64,000 bases of DNA from Mobula hypostoma (GCF_963921235.1 NC_086108.1:77998001-78062000), one strand, 5' to 3'. Counted from the first letter of the stretch, positions 36,577-50,113 are shown. The notes: generated by a model not told the origin, from the sequence alone. Translations and numbers: made by a program.

Positions 36577-38887
36577 GGAAACAATCTCTACATTTTGGAG
36601 AAACTTGGAACAAGGCAAGGTGAAGGATACAGAAATAGGATTGAGTAAAATGATCAGCATGGATGTATTGGGGGAAAGAGCCTGTTCCTATGCTTACAAA
36701 ATTGATGACTCCATCAAAGCACTCTTAGCCTCTTTGATCCGCCCTCGTCATTACAGTCCCTTATCTCAGGAACCATTCTCGTAACCCTTTATTGAACCTT
36801 CTCCCATACCCACATATCCTTTTCATAATGGGCAACTAGAATTGAACACCTTAGTTGAAGCTTTTAATAAAGGTTCTGCATAATTATGTATACACTCAGT
36901 GTCTCCATAGATAAAGCCCAGAACTATGTATTTCTTAATAGCTACTCTCTCAATCTGCCCCACTTTAAAGGCTTTGTCTGCATATAACCGTAGGTTCCTG
37001 TATTCCTGCATTGCTTTTAGAACAGTATATCTACAACAGGAACCTTCAATGCACTGGAAAAATACCACCAATACAATCTCCTGGAAGTCCTCTAAATTCA
37101 CTGCAAGGATAAAGGAAGCAATATTGACATCTTTCCAGTCACGCTTCAAACACTGAGGTCCGACTTCTCAGTTAATTGCTTAAGCAGGGCATATATTTCA
37201 CATGTCTGCATCCTGAACCATACTCTGTTCTGAGCTCTGTCATGAGAGGAGATTGCCAGGTAGAAAAAGGTGCGAACTAAAGGTGTGCTCAACACTTCCT
37301 GGAGGAAGTGCAACACCCAGGAGTCTCTGGCTCCTGACCACTAACTATGGAGTTGGAGCATGCAGGATTCAGAACTTCAAGACCATGCGCACAAGAACTG
37401 TGTACAAGTATCAGAAGGAATGCATCACCTCACAAGCTACTCACTTTCCCGCCTCATCCAATATATCTTGCTCCAGCCGTAGATGTGTCTCGATTTCCCA
37501 CACTGGCCTCAATCTGTTACATCAGAAACCACAAAGCCACAATGAAAATAAATCATCCTGAATCCCAAGGGGCTGCTTAACAAGAAGATTATGAAGAATT
37601 GCATAAATAGGAGGATGTCCAAAGTTAATGAGTTCAGAGCTTTATGCATAATTGAATTTTTATTATTGGTGATGAGTGAACTTGCTGAACTATAAATGAA
37701 CTAAGGAACTTTTAGAAGTCACTAATAAAAGTAATGACTCTGGTAGGATATTGATAATTAAATTGTCTGAGGATTTGAAGTTGCCCTGATTTTTACATTT
37801 GACCACTTTGAAGCTTTTAACAAAGCACAAGATAGACTTTAGACAGCGATATTCTAAGACTGGAAAATGTAAAGCAATACTGAACCCTCCCTCTGAATTC
37901 CCAGTAAATGCTCTAATTGTACCTAACTCCATGACAAAATGATATGCCAGTTGTTTGAAGATTGTTTAAAATGTAATTTTGAGTGTAACAGGATTCAGCT
38001 TCAGAACTGGATAAACTTTTTTTGATTTTATTGTTGGTTGTACTATGAAAATGTTGAAATTTTGCAGCAGATAAATGTACTTCTGACTTTTGATTGCATG
38101 AAGCATTGTGGGATCAAGAGTGAATCTGTTATTGAATACATTTGTAAACGTGTTGATGGATTCCAAAATCGTACAAATGAAATATTAATTTTTGCGGACT
38201 CTGATTTGCCTTCATGTCTTTGTTTCTCTGTGTTCCCTCGTCTTACCCAGGGCTAGAATAAGTTGGGCTCATACATGTGGACACATTGCATGTATTTTAG
38301 TAACAAGTAATATAAACAATTAAAGTAAACATAGAGTTACAACCTCGCAGCAGCAGACAACAAAGTAATTCATGTGCAGTGCACCGAAAGCTGAATAAAT
38401 GGCTTATTCAGCTCTATAACTGCACCATATGTGTGTACTTACATTTGATATATATTACATCATTGATTCACAGACAGTACAACAGTTTCCCATTCATGTT
38501 TTCACAATGCTTACACATTTAACCTTGCTGTAGAGTTTTATTTTAATCTCCTGGAGTGACTCAAAGGAGTTCAGGAAATTGTCAGTATATCCATTTCCGC
38601 CTCAATTTTCACTTTAAAAATTTCTACTGTATCAACATCTAGAATGCAAATATTCACAAGTATTTTATTTTAGTTTTAATTAACCCTTGCTGGAATCGTA
38701 TTGTTGTTTTGAAACTCCAAAAACTAATTGAAAGAAAAATCAGGTGAGCCAGGAATAAACATGTACTCTTTGTTTTTACTTTTAGTGAGGTGCACACCTA
38801 TGATGTAGTGCATAATGACATATGCCATTCAAATACTTTTATATAGAACCCATCATAAATTGTGAAAACAACAAAGAATGCTTAATT

Positions 38888-39830
38888 AATGAATTGAATT
38901 GACTTTATTACTTCATATACATGAGGAGTGAAAATCTTTACATTACGTCTCCATCTAAATGTGCAATGTGCAATTTATAGTAATTTGTAATAAATAGTAT
39001 GCACAACAGGACAGTCAATAAAACATAGAAATACAATTATATCAGCATGAATTAATCAGTCTGAGGGCCTGGTGGAAGAAGCTGTCCCGGAGCCTCTTGA
39101 TCCTGGCTTTTATGCTGCAGTACAATTTCCTGGATGGTAGCAGCTGAAGCAGTTTGTAGTTGGGGTTACTCAGGTCCCCAAATGATACTTTGTGCCCTTC
39201 TTACACACCTGTCTTTGTAAATGTCCTGAATAGTAGGAAGTTCACATCTACAGATGTGCTGAGCTGACAGCACCACTCCCTGCAGAGTCCTGCAGTTGAG
39301 GGAAGTTACAGTTCCCATATCAGGCAGTGATGCAGCCAGTCAGGATGCTCTCAACTGTGCCCCTGTAGAAAGTTCCTAGGATTTGGGCGGCCCACACCAA
39401 ACTCCTTCCACCGTCTGAGGTGAAACAGGTGCTGTTGTGGTTTTTTCACCACACAGCCAGTATGTACAGACCATGTGAGATCCTCAGTGATATGTATGCC
39501 GAGGAATTTAGAGCTGTTCACCCTCTCAACCCCAGATCCATTGATGTCAATAAGGGTTAGCCTGTCTCCATTCCTCCTGTAGTCCACAACCAGCTCCTTT
39601 GTTTTGTTTTTGCGACATTGAGGGAGAGGTTGCTTTCTTGACACCACTGTGTCATGGTGATGACTTCTTCTTTGCAGGCTAGCCCATTATTTTTTGAAAT
39701 TAGGCCAATCAGTATTGACAGCAAATTTAATTAGCAGATTGGAGCTGTGGGTGGGGACACAGTCATGGGTATATAGGGAGTAAAGGAGGGGGCTTAGTAC
39801 ACAGCCCTGAGGGGCACCTGTGTTGAGGTC
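38888..39830 (-). mobile_element. Rex1/Babar-type LINE 3' fragment inserted into an older short repeat
   Basis: KTKELVVDYRR, KFLGIHITEDLTW; (TGAAT)n tail; same family as 56716-57850. Flanks 38700-38887 and 39830-39860 resemble 40342-40572. Confidence 0.8.
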
Positions 39831-41219
39831 AAACATTATATCTGCAATATTATTCAAAGTGTTCTGTAATCAACGCTGGTTTCAGTTTCCATTGCTCTTG
39901 CATTACTTTCATGATGTCATCAAAGGTTGTTTCTGCTATTTTGGTTGGAGCAGTCAAACTGCAAAGTAAACTCTATTCATTTCCACAGATTGCACTCAGC
40001 AAAACTGCACTTGCTTTGCATTGGGTATTTCATTTGCTTTAAAATATTGCACAATTCACCTAGTGTATATCACCCAGTTAACTTTTGTGCATTTGAACGT
40101 GTCCATCTTTTCAATGCAGCCAGCCATTTCTGCTTTTTTATTTGCTTATCTGGAACTCACTGTTTATAAACCCATGAATTTGTCTGTTTTCTGCCTGTAC
40201 TGACTTTTTTTACTCGACCGTTTCTCTCCTCTTGTGAAGAAAGTGTGCTACAGTTTTTAAAAAAATTCTAATATCTCACTGCATTTCCACAGGCAAGTAG
40301 TCATCTTAGGTTCATTTTAAAACTTACTCATCACCACTGCCATGTTTCAAAATTTCAAAAAATAATTAAAAGAAAAATACTGGAGAGCTGGTAATAAATG
40401 TGTACTGTTCATTTTTACTTCTACCGAGGTATGCATATATGAAATGGTAGTGTGGCTTATGCTATTCACATACTTCTCATATAATCCACAATGAATTATA
40501 TAAACAACAAAGATTGCTTAATCAAACAGTATATCTACAATTTACTCAAATATCACTGAAATATTAAGTACATTATATATGAATTACATAAACATTTGAT
40601 CTTGGCTCGTTATACTTTATGCAAAACATTTCCAAGTTTCATACTTGTCAAGTGGTGTCAAACACAAATATTTATTTTTTGGTCCTGATGCAGTGCCTCA
40701 ACCCAAAACATCGATTGCTTTCCTCCCAGTGGTGCTGCTTAACCTGGTGAGTTCCTCCAGCAGGTTGTTTGTAGCTCCAAATTACAACATCTGCAGTCTT
40801 TAGTGTCTCCACACAAATGTTTGCGTCTCAATTGCTTCTTTCCAGCACTTGAGTATAACTTTGCTTCTAACTCAACTGCCTCTCTCCCACTCTTCCTTCA
40901 GGATTTAATTGGGGGGAGATTACTTTCAGTGAGATGAACTTAGAACTGGCTCAGGATAATTGGAAACCAAAGTTGACAGGCCTGCAGGAACAAATGGTTC
41001 AGGTACAGTTTATGCATATTCCCTTGAGAAGCAAAGGAAGAAAAACAAATCCACAACTCCTTGGTCGATGAAAGAGATATAGTGGAAAAGAAAACAAAAT
41101 AAGGCTGCATAGGAAAAATGTTGGATTGCAGGGTGAGGTGGTATTCCTGGAAAATTACGAAATCTGTTGGTGGGAGGGGTGGGGGAAGAAGCTATTCTAA
41201 AAACATTGCTTCAGCATCT

Positions 41220-41885
41220 TCAGGCATCTTATCTCCTCCCGGATGGTAGTGATGAGAAGAGCGCATGTTGTGGATGGTGAAGGCACCTCATGATGGATTC
41301 TGCCTTCATGAGGCACCAACTATTGAAGATGTCCTCAGTCGTCGGGAGATTAGTGTCCGTGATGGACCTAGCTGAGTCTGCAGTTCTCTGCAGCTTTTTC
41401 TTGATCTTGTGCATAGGAGCCTCCAAACCAGGTGGTGATGTGCCCAACCAGAATGCTCTCCACTTCATATCAGGTGGTGATGTGTCCAACCAGAATGCTG
41501 TCCACTCCATACCAGGTGGTGATGTGCCCAACCAGAATGCTCTCCACTCCATACCAGGTGGTGATGTGCCCAACCAGAATGCTGTCCTCTCCATATCTGT
41601 AAAAATTCTCTGGTGGCATGCCAAATCTCCTCAAATTCCTAATGAAATGTAGCTGCTCATGTGCCTTCTTCAAGATTGCATCAATACGTTGGTCCCAGGA
41701 TAGATCCGCTGAGATGCTGAAAGGAAGCTGGTTATTCTTTCAACTGCTGACTCCCTGATGAGGACTGGTGCGATTTCTCCCAACTTCCCCTTTCTAAAGT
41801 CCACTACCAATTCCTTGGTTTTACTGACATTGAGTGCATTGTTTTGTTGTGACACCACTCAATCAGATGATCTATTTCATTACTG
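41220..41885 (-). mobile_element. Rex1/Babar-type LINE fragment containing four tandem 42-bp copies (41428-41595)
   Basis: LNVSKTKELVVDFRK, KKAHEQLHFIRNLRRFG, repeated ESILVGHITTWYG, FSSLPSGRR. Confidence 0.8.
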
Positions 41886-42039
41886 TACGCCTCACAAAAT
41901 AAGAGTAAAAGATGGCATAAGAAAAGATATTAGCTGCCAAAATAAATAGAATCTTAAAGTTCTTTTGGTATAAATCTAGTAAAAGGTTGGGCATGTGGAA
42001 TTTTGACACACTGAGGCAAAAAATAGACACTTGAACATA

Positions 42040-42516
42040 CGAGGGGTGATTGATAAGTTCGTGGCCTAAGGTAGAAGGGGTCAATTTTAGAAAACCCAGC
42101 ACATTTATTTTTCAACATAGTCCCCTCCTACACTTACACACTTAGTCCAGCGGTTGTGGAGCATACGGATCTTGGACCTCCAGAAAGTGTCCACAGCAGG
42201 GGTGATTGCTAACTTTGTGGCCTAAGGTAGGAGGAGATGAGTTATACAACTCTCATTACATGCATATGCATTTCAACTCTTTGAGTAATTATGCAGAAAG
42301 TTTAAAGTTAATAACTCATCTCCTTCTACCTTAGGCCACGAACCTATCAATCACCCGTGCTGTGGACACTTTCTGGAGGACCAAGATCTGTATGCTCCAC
42401 GACCGCTGGACTAAGAGTGTAAATGTAGGAGGGGACTATGTTGAAAAATAAATGTGCTGGGTTTTCTAAAATTGACTCCTTCTACCTTAGGTCACAAACT
42501 TATCAATCACCCTTTG
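42040..42516. mobile_element. Mariner-type fold-back MITE
   Basis: TA TSD; termini CGAGGGGTGATTGATAAGTT / AACTTATCAATCACCCTTTG; about 205-bp inverted arms around an about 65-bp spacer. Confidence 0.88.
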
Positions 42517-43076
42517 TAGATGGGCACTGTTCAGGTACCTAATGAGTACTTTACATCATAAGGAAGATGTTTTTTTTTAATAGTGAAGGAGATGATGGTT
42601 GAAATGTTGGGCATGTTTAAAATATGATAGCATGGAGGCAATTTAAATTTAGTTTAAATTTAAAGAAACCTATGAGATACATCTTAGAACTTTGAGGGAA
42701 GTAGAAGAGGAAACAATGGGAATACTGACCTTAAATCTTCTAATACTCTTTGTGAATGGTTTGAATCTGAGGGCTGGAGAGTAATAAATGTAATTTTTTT
42801 CTTTGAAAAAGAACAATAGGGATAAGTCCAGCAACTATTGGCAGGTCAGCTTAAACCTTGGTAGTGAGAAAGCAATTTGAAACATTAATAAAGAATAAGA
42901 TTAATAAGCACCTGGAGGTAATTGCATTGAGGCAAACCCAAATGGGCACAAGTGTTAACCAATTTGAGGTAGCAGTGTAGCAGATGGCAACAGTAATGCA
43001 CATGGGCTTTGAGAAGGCTTTTGACTGGTGCCAAATAATAACTAGATAAGGCATGGAGACAAGCTTTTCCGTACAT

Positions 43077-43956
43077 TGTTACGAGAATACACATAAAATT
43101 AAGATGTTTGCTGGCCTGGGCTAGCATCAGTGGCATCAGCAGTTGGTCTGCCACCTGCCCTCAGGGGAAGGAGAGATAAGGAACAATGGAGCAGCGTCTG
43201 GAGATGTGTAATGAAGGGATGTGGGAGGGAGAGCTGTCTGGAGCGGCTCCCCCCTTTGAACCCTGAACTGTTTGAAGTGATGGACAGGCGATACCCCAGC
43301 AGGGGGATAAAAAGGGACAGGTTCGCTAAGACAGAGACACACGCCACCCGAGGTAACGAGACCCTGGAAGCGGTGCGCCTCTCACGAGTGGGTGAGAAGT
43401 GCCAGACAACGACAAGGGTGGAAAGGTACGATCAGCGGGAACCCGGTGTGTGTCCGCCCTTGCCTGGGTGCCGGGTTCACTGCAGAGGATCGACCGCATC
43501 TGGAGGAGGGGTCACAGTCGGTGACCTCAGGTGACATCACCAAGGACCCGCCCAAAAGCTGTTGTGAGCCATCTCGCTGGTCTGTGAGCCATCTTGCTGG
43601 TCTGTGAGTGAAGCAGTGTTCTGAATGATCAGTTGTTCCTATTCTATCTCTCTCTTCCCCCACGTTGTCCACCGCCATGGCAACGATTACTGCGAACTGA
43701 ACTACTAACTGGACTGAACTTTGAGTCATTTTGAAATTGGTCATTTACCCCTAGACAACGATAGAGCTTGATTGATGCTGTTATCTTAATGCTGTGCACA
43801 TGTGTGTTTATCATCACTGAACTGTTGCATTTATTATCCTTTCGATTACTGTGTTGCTTGTTTCTTTAATAAAACTTTCTTAGTTCTAGTACTCCAGACT
43901 CCAACTGAGTGATCCATTTCTGCTGGTTTGGCAACCCAGTTACGGGGTACGTAACA
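43077..43956 (+). mobile_element. Solo LTR of the Gmr1-like family
   Basis: 880-bp TG...CA copy with about 9-10 differences from the paired LTRs; own TSD ACAT (43073-76, 43957-60); no PBS or PPT. Confidence 0.95.
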
Positions 43957-44095
43957 ACATCAAGTACAATTGTCCATCAAACCACCCACCCCTCCCCCAC
44001 CTTTACACTTCGTTTAATTTTCCCTGTATTTCTTATCAATTTCTCCAGATTCTACACTCGCCTACACGTTATTAACAACTTACAGTGAATAACTG

Positions 44096-44385
44096 GGGAC
44101 TACACAGTAGCGTAGTGGTTAGCACAATGCTTTACAGTACAGCCAACCTGTGTTCAATTCCCACCACTGCCTGTAAGGAGCTTGTACGTTCCCCTGTAAC
44201 TGTGTGGGGTTCCTCCAGGTGCTCTGGTTTCCTTCCACAGTCCAACGACGTACCGGGTGGTAAGTTAACTGGTCATTGTAAATCGTCCTGTGATTAGGCT
44301 CAGGTTAAATCAGGATTTGCTGGGCAGCTTGGCTAACAGGACTTGAAAGGCATATTCGGTGCTATATCTCAATAAATAAATTAAT
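44096..44385 (+). mobile_element. V-SINE/HE1-like SINE
   Basis: A box TAGCGTAGTGG, B box GTTCAATTCC, V-domain GGTTCCTCCAGGTGCTCTGGTTTCCTTCCACA, AATAAATAAA tail. Confidence 0.75.
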
Positions 44386-44486
44386 TAATCTCACAACACT
44401 CATGTCTCTCACAATACTCATGTCTTTGAGATGTGGAAGCAAATTGAAGCACAGAAAGAATATACAAATTTCCCACAGAGTGCACC

Positions 44487-44812
44487 TGTCATAAGGAGGG
44501 TGGCTGGGAACGGACCCAAGTGCAAGACACAAACACTGAAGTACTAGGGACAAGACTAGGATACAGGCTGAGGGCAAGGACATGGACACGAAAACCGGGA
44601 ACCCGGAACAGGAATGGACAAGAGAGCTAGGAGCCCGGGCTTGGACTCCGAGCCAGAGACTGGACAAGAACCCAGTACCTGGGACTTGCCTCCGGCTCGG
44701 ACCCCAGAACTAGGCAAGGACAAGGCTTGGCAGGCAGGCAGGACGAGGCTGGAGTCTTCAGGCTTGAGGCTAGAGGCGAGGCTTGGCAGGAGGCAGGAGG
44801 CTGGAGTCTTCA
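44487..44812 (-). mobile_element. Truncated LTR-like fragment related to 35574-36576
   Basis: Starts TGTCATAAGGAGG...CGGACCCAAGTGCAAGACA, paralleling TGTTACAAGGAGG...CGGACCTAAGTGCAGGACA; similar short-repeat interior. Confidence 0.55.
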
Positions 44813-45564
44813 GCATTTTGTGTGTGTTGCTTCGGTTACTTTAATAGATTTGCTAATGTATGTTTTGCAACATGTTTGTTAAAGGGCTTATTTGTTCTAC
44901 AGCATTTTTTGTTTAGACCCGTTCTTATAAATTTCAATCTTTTATTTGCTATATTTTTTAAAAATCCATGCTATTAGTAGGTGAACGGAAAGGCTCATGC
45001 ATGCTTTCAAATGCAAAAAAGCTTCTAATGCAAATGTATTTTCTGATAATCTTCCAGTCATGCCATGGACACCGTTGTTTTGTAGTTATCAATAGACTCT
45101 GAGACTTACCTTTTTTTTCAGTTTGTTTTGCATTGCTTTGTCCTCATGATCAATTTATAAGGTATGCTGATGCATTTGATATTCTTGACTGTACTACAGG
45201 AATGCATCACACATATCATGCAAAACATTCCTTTGCATACATCACAGGTAGGAAATAAATACATCATTCAATTATATAAGAAGCAAGCTCACAGTTAAAA
45301 CAATTAACTTCAACCCCATACAGAAATTAGTTTATGTCTTGTACAGCAACTGCAGTGGGAGAAACAGGGAATCACTGCTTCACCATAGAGGAATAAGACA
45401 AAATGACTGTTCTGACATTGGTTGGTTGTATACACAATCAGGTTTGTGAGCCCTTCACACTTAAAATGTAAAGGATTTCATTAGTCCAAGAATGTTTTGT
45501 ATCTCAGGAGAGAGAATCGTAGAGTTTAAATAGATTTTGTGCATCAATATTTACTTGGGAAACC

Positions 45565-46770
45565 ATCTATAGAACTGAGGCAAAACAGTAGTAAGGCCCA
45601 TGGACTGTAGTCTCCAGAGCCTGACCAAGTGTCCCATCGGACTTTGTGGGAGGCTAGTGAAGAAATGACAGGGGCCCTGCCAGTGGTATTTAAAATGTCC
45701 TTAGCCACAGGTGCAAAGTGGACAGTGAGGAAGGCTATCAAGGCTTGCAGTAGGTTCTGGCCCAGCTGGAAAAATAGGCTGAAAAATGGCAGTTGGAATT
45801 GAATGCAGACAAGTGTACGGTATCGCACGTTGGGAGGATAAACCAGGTTAAGTCTAATACGATGAACAGCAGGCACTGAGGAGTCTGGTAGAGCAAAGGG
45901 ATCTGGGAATTCAGATCAATAATTTCTTGAAAGTGGTATCACAGGTAGATAGGGTCATAAAGAGAGCTTACAGCACACTGGCCTACATAAATCAAATTAT
46001 TGAGTACAGGAGTTGAGATGTAATGTTGAAGTTGTACAAGATGTTGGTGAGGCCTAATTTGGACCTCTGTGTACAATTTTGGTCACCTACCTTACATACC
46101 TAAGCCCCATCAACCCTACTGGCCAGAGTCTTCTGTCCTGGGACAGTCTTTCGAGTCCCTAGATGCAGCCCAACTTCTTAGTGTATTCTTCCTTTCCCTA
46201 GGATGAGGTCTTTGAAACTTCTGTTGGTATTTCCATAGTGCTGGATTTTTACAGGATAGGGTTGCTAGTCGCAAGCCCAACCCTCATCTTTTCACAGCTG
46301 GGCTTGGGACTGTCCATGGCGTAGTTCACCTATGTACAAGAAAGATATTAATAAGATCGAAGGAGAAACTTTACAAGGTTTGCTGGGACTCGAGGACCTG
46401 AATTACAGGGAAGATGGAACAGATTAAGGCTTTATTCCCTGGAGTTTAGAAGGATCAGGGGAGATTTGACAGAGGTGTACAAAATTAAATGGGGTAAAGA
46501 TAGAGTAAACGCAAGCAGGCTTTTTCTGCTGAAGTTGGGTGAGACGAGAACTCGGGGTCATAGGTTAAGGTGAAATATTTAAGAGGAGCCTGAGGGAAAA
46601 CATCTTCACTTAGAGGGTGGTCCCAGTGATGGACACAAGCTAGATTTCAACATTTAAGGTTTGTTTCGATATGTAAATGGATGGAGGGGAATGGAGGGCT
46701 ATGGTCCAGATGTGACGAGGCAGAATAACAGATGGAAGGGCCAGTTTCTGTGATGTAGTACTCTACGACT
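45565..46770 (+). mobile_element. Old internally deleted CR1 with a nested insertion at 46090-46325
   Basis: CR1 ORF2 remnants (AEKWQLELNADKC, LYKMLVRPNL); insertion flanked by TCACCTA (46083-89, 46326-32). Confidence 0.75.
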
Positions 46771-48275
46771 GTCGAATATAGTTTATTTGAAATATGCTAT
46801 ACTTCAGGTTCACAAGGAAATAATAAAAAAGATTGCATTGAATGTGAAATAATGAATTTTGGAGGAATTCAGTTCATTATAAATGTACAAAATAAAAATG
46901 CAACTGATCAAGTGTGTATTAACCAGATATTAAGTGTTGCTATTAGATCATCTGATCTAGAATCTGATACAAGTGTCAAGATCTGGATTGTGTCAAATAT
47001 CATTTCAGAGTATTCAAGATTCCTGGATGGACGTGTAACAGAGTGAAAGAGAAGCTCAATACAGTCACAGCAAGAAGGAGGCAGAGGGCAGCAGTGACTG
47101 AGCTGAGCAAAAGTTCTTGAAGAGTGTGGAGTGAAAACTCTGATCAATTTATTCAGACCATGCCTGACAAAAGTGCTGAAGCCATGTTGGTAAGTTATCA
47201 GTAACATGTATAACAAAAAAATTATCAATCCCTGAAGATGTACTGATAAACCCGGATATCCTCTTTTCTGCAAGATTTTGCCTGGATGTTGGTGTTTTCT
47301 CCAGCTCGGACCCACTGTGGTTGCATCTCAGTTAATCTTGTAATGGAAGGAAAAGTGCAAGGAGTGTTTGAGAGCATTACTACAGCAAAGTTAAGTTTTT
47401 GTGTAGTCATTGGCAAGTTCGACCACAATCCTCACAGCCCAGAAAGAAGTTGTTTTTGGACCTGGTAGTTCTCAACTGTTCAATTTGCATTATAACGAAG
47501 AAACAATATTCACATCTTGCTCTTTTCACTCATGCATCTTCCTCCACCCCTTCCCCCCACCCCCACCACCTGCATTTTCCATAGATGAAGGAGTAAACCA
47601 GATTGCAACGATATCACAAGTATATTCCCAAGTATGTGACTTGGGAAGTTAAGACCTTCTCTGCTGTATTAGATTCGGATTTACTTATCACGTACATCCA
47701 AACATGTAGTAAAATGCATCATTTACATGAACAACCAACAGAACGTAGGGATGTGCTGGGGGAAACCCACAGTGTCACCACACATTCCGGTGCCAACATA
47801 GCATACCTCACCAATTCTCAGCAGAGCAACACAGGACACAACAAGCAACAAAACAACAGCAAAACAAGTTTCTTTCCTCCCTCCCACCCACTTCCACAGA
47901 TGTGGACTGTCTTCCAACTCCAGTTCGAGCATCTGGGCGTCAAGTCACCAGGCTTTAGCCGTTGGCTTGGCCTTCTGAATTCTGATTGACTGCTGGGCTC
48001 CAATCTCTGGTATTGCCCCCGGAATGGTGAATGGTGAACGTCAGGCTCTTAATTGTGGGTGTGCCGATTGATCAACCCTCATGCCACCTGTTCACATGGA
48101 CATCCGATCCTGGGACACACTGACTGGGACAGCCCGACTACATGAATGTCCTTTGTCACCTGGCCGTATTGATGTCCTTCGTGTCGAGCAGAGGCCTGAA
48201 CTACAGGTTCCTTTCATCATGAATCCACGTCATTGGGCTTTGAATGGAGAGTCAAGGCCTGACTTTCTCCACATG

Positions 48276-48570
48276 CCCCACAGCAGCATAGTGGTTAGTG
48301 CACTCTATTACAGCTTGGGACGTTCTCGAGTTCAGCTTTCATTTCCATTGCCAGTCTATAACGAGTCTCTGTACATCCTTCCCGAGGAATGCATGGACTT
48401 TTTCAAGGTTCTCCGGTTTCCCCTCTCACTCCAAAGACATACTGGGTATGTAATTGGTTATTGAAAGTCATCCTGTGATTAGGCTAGGGTGAATCGAGTT
48501 TCTGTTGTGCTGTCAGGGCGGCATGATTCATAGGGCCTGCTTTGTGCTGTGTCAATAAAGGAAAAAAAAT
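48276..48570 (+). mobile_element. V-SINE/HE1-like SINE
   Basis: TAGTGGTTAGTGCAC head, CTCCGGTTTCC...TCCAAAGAC V-domain, AATAAA/A tail. Confidence 0.65.
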
Positions 48571-49426
48571 GCCTGTCTCAAAACCCTAACCTGACCTCTA
48601 ATTCCCTTTTCTGTCTCCAAAACCATCCCTACAAACTTAAAAAACCACTAAGACGGAACCACAATCTCAGCAGCCTCAGCCTTATTCCTCAGCTTTAGAA
48701 ATGGTAATCAGAGGGTTGACAATGCGTCTGGGGTAGTGTCAAGAAACCCCCTTTTGGTGTGAGTCACCCCAGCCACCAGCAATCCCCAGTCTCCTCTGGA
48801 CCCAAGCAAGTTTACAGCTGAGTCTGGAGAAAATTTGGTGGTATGTCACTTAGGTTCTGATATGTAGCGGATTGATACAGGAGAGCTGCTGCCTCAGCAC
48901 CAGAGATCTGAGTTCAGTCCTGGCCTTGGGTGTTCTTTGTCTACATGCTCTATCTGTGGCCATGTGGACTTTCTCTGGGTGCTCTGACATCCCCTTAGCA
49001 TCTAAACACGCATGGATTGTTTGAGTAATTAGTCACTGTAAATTGTTCCTGGTGTGGAAGTGATTAGTTGAATCTGCGGAGGGAATGAAAAAGGGGATTA
49101 ATTTGGGATTGGTGTAAATGGGTGTCTGACGGTTAGCGTTGAGCAGTCACTGTGTTAAAGGGTTCATTTGCATACTGTACGTTGCAGTGACCCCATTGCT
49201 ATACCTTTCTAAAATTTGAAATCTTGGCTTTCAAGTGTGGCAGCTATCATTGGCAGTGGTGACCATTACCTTCTAGCTGAGCTGAAGCCCAACGAGGAAG
49301 AGCGGAGCATGACCAAAGCAGGCTCAGGGTAACCGTCCAAACAAAAGAAACATTCACCTTGCTGTATGATGCAGTATAAACATGGCTTTTATTTAGCAGG
49401 TCAGGCAGCATCTCTCGGAAGAGGTA

Positions 49427-49464
49427 CAGTCGACGTTTCAGGCCGAGACCCTTCGTCAGGACTA
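49427..49464 (-). ncRNA. Minimal type I hammerhead ribozyme motif, core intact
   Basis: Minus strand UAGUC-CUGACGA-AGGGUCUCGGCCU-GAAAC-GUC-GACUG. Confidence 0.78.
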
Positions 49465-50075
49465 ACTGAAGGAAGAGTTAGTAAGAGATTTGAAAGTGGA
49501 AGGGGGAGGTGGAGATACAAAATGATAGGAGAAGACAGAAGGGGTAGGGATGGAGCCAAGAGCTGGACAGGTGATTGGCAAAAGGGGATATGAGAGAAAG
49601 CAGGATCTCCCAGTGGCCACACATTTTAATTCCACATCCCATTCCCATTCTGACATGTCTGTCTACGGCCTCCTCTACTGTAAAGATGAAGCCACACTCA
49701 GGTTGGAGGAACAACATCTTATATTCCGTCTGGGTAGCCTCCAACCTGATGGCATGAACATCGACTTCTCAAACTTCCGCTAATGCCCCACACCCCTTCA
49801 TACCCCACCTGTTATTTATTTTTATACACACATTCTTTCTCTCACTCTCCTTTTTCTCCCTCTGTCCCTCTGAATATACCCCTTGCCCATCCTCTGGGTT
49901 CCCCCCCCCCTTGTCTTTCTTCCCGGACCTCCTGTCCCATGATCCTCTCATATCCCCTTTGCCAATCACCTGTCCAGCTCTTGGCTCCATCCCTCCCCCT
50001 CCTGTCTTCTCCTATCATTTTGGATCTCCCCCTCCCCCTCGAACTTCCAAATCTCTTACTAACTCTTCCTTCGGT

Positions 50076-50113
50076 TAGTCTTGATGAAGGGTCTCGGCCT
50101 GAAACGTCGACTG
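50076..50113 (+). ncRNA. Hammerhead motif with C3-to-U core change
   Basis: UAGUC-UUGAUGA-AGGGUCUCGGCCU-GAAAC-GUC-GACUG. Confidence 0.65.

Noticed and set aside
40902..41002. Exon-like segment with good acceptor and donor (GFNWGEITFSEMNLELAQDNW)
   Set aside because: The peptide and its continuation resemble a decayed CR1 ORF2 linker, so it is not a credible host exon without RNA evidence.
41428..41595. Possible CRISPR-like array
   Set aside because: Head-to-tail units with no unique spacers, in eukaryotic LINE-derived sequence.
44096..44170. Possible tRNA gene
   Set aside because: A/B boxes continue into a SINE body and tail; no complete cloverleaf.
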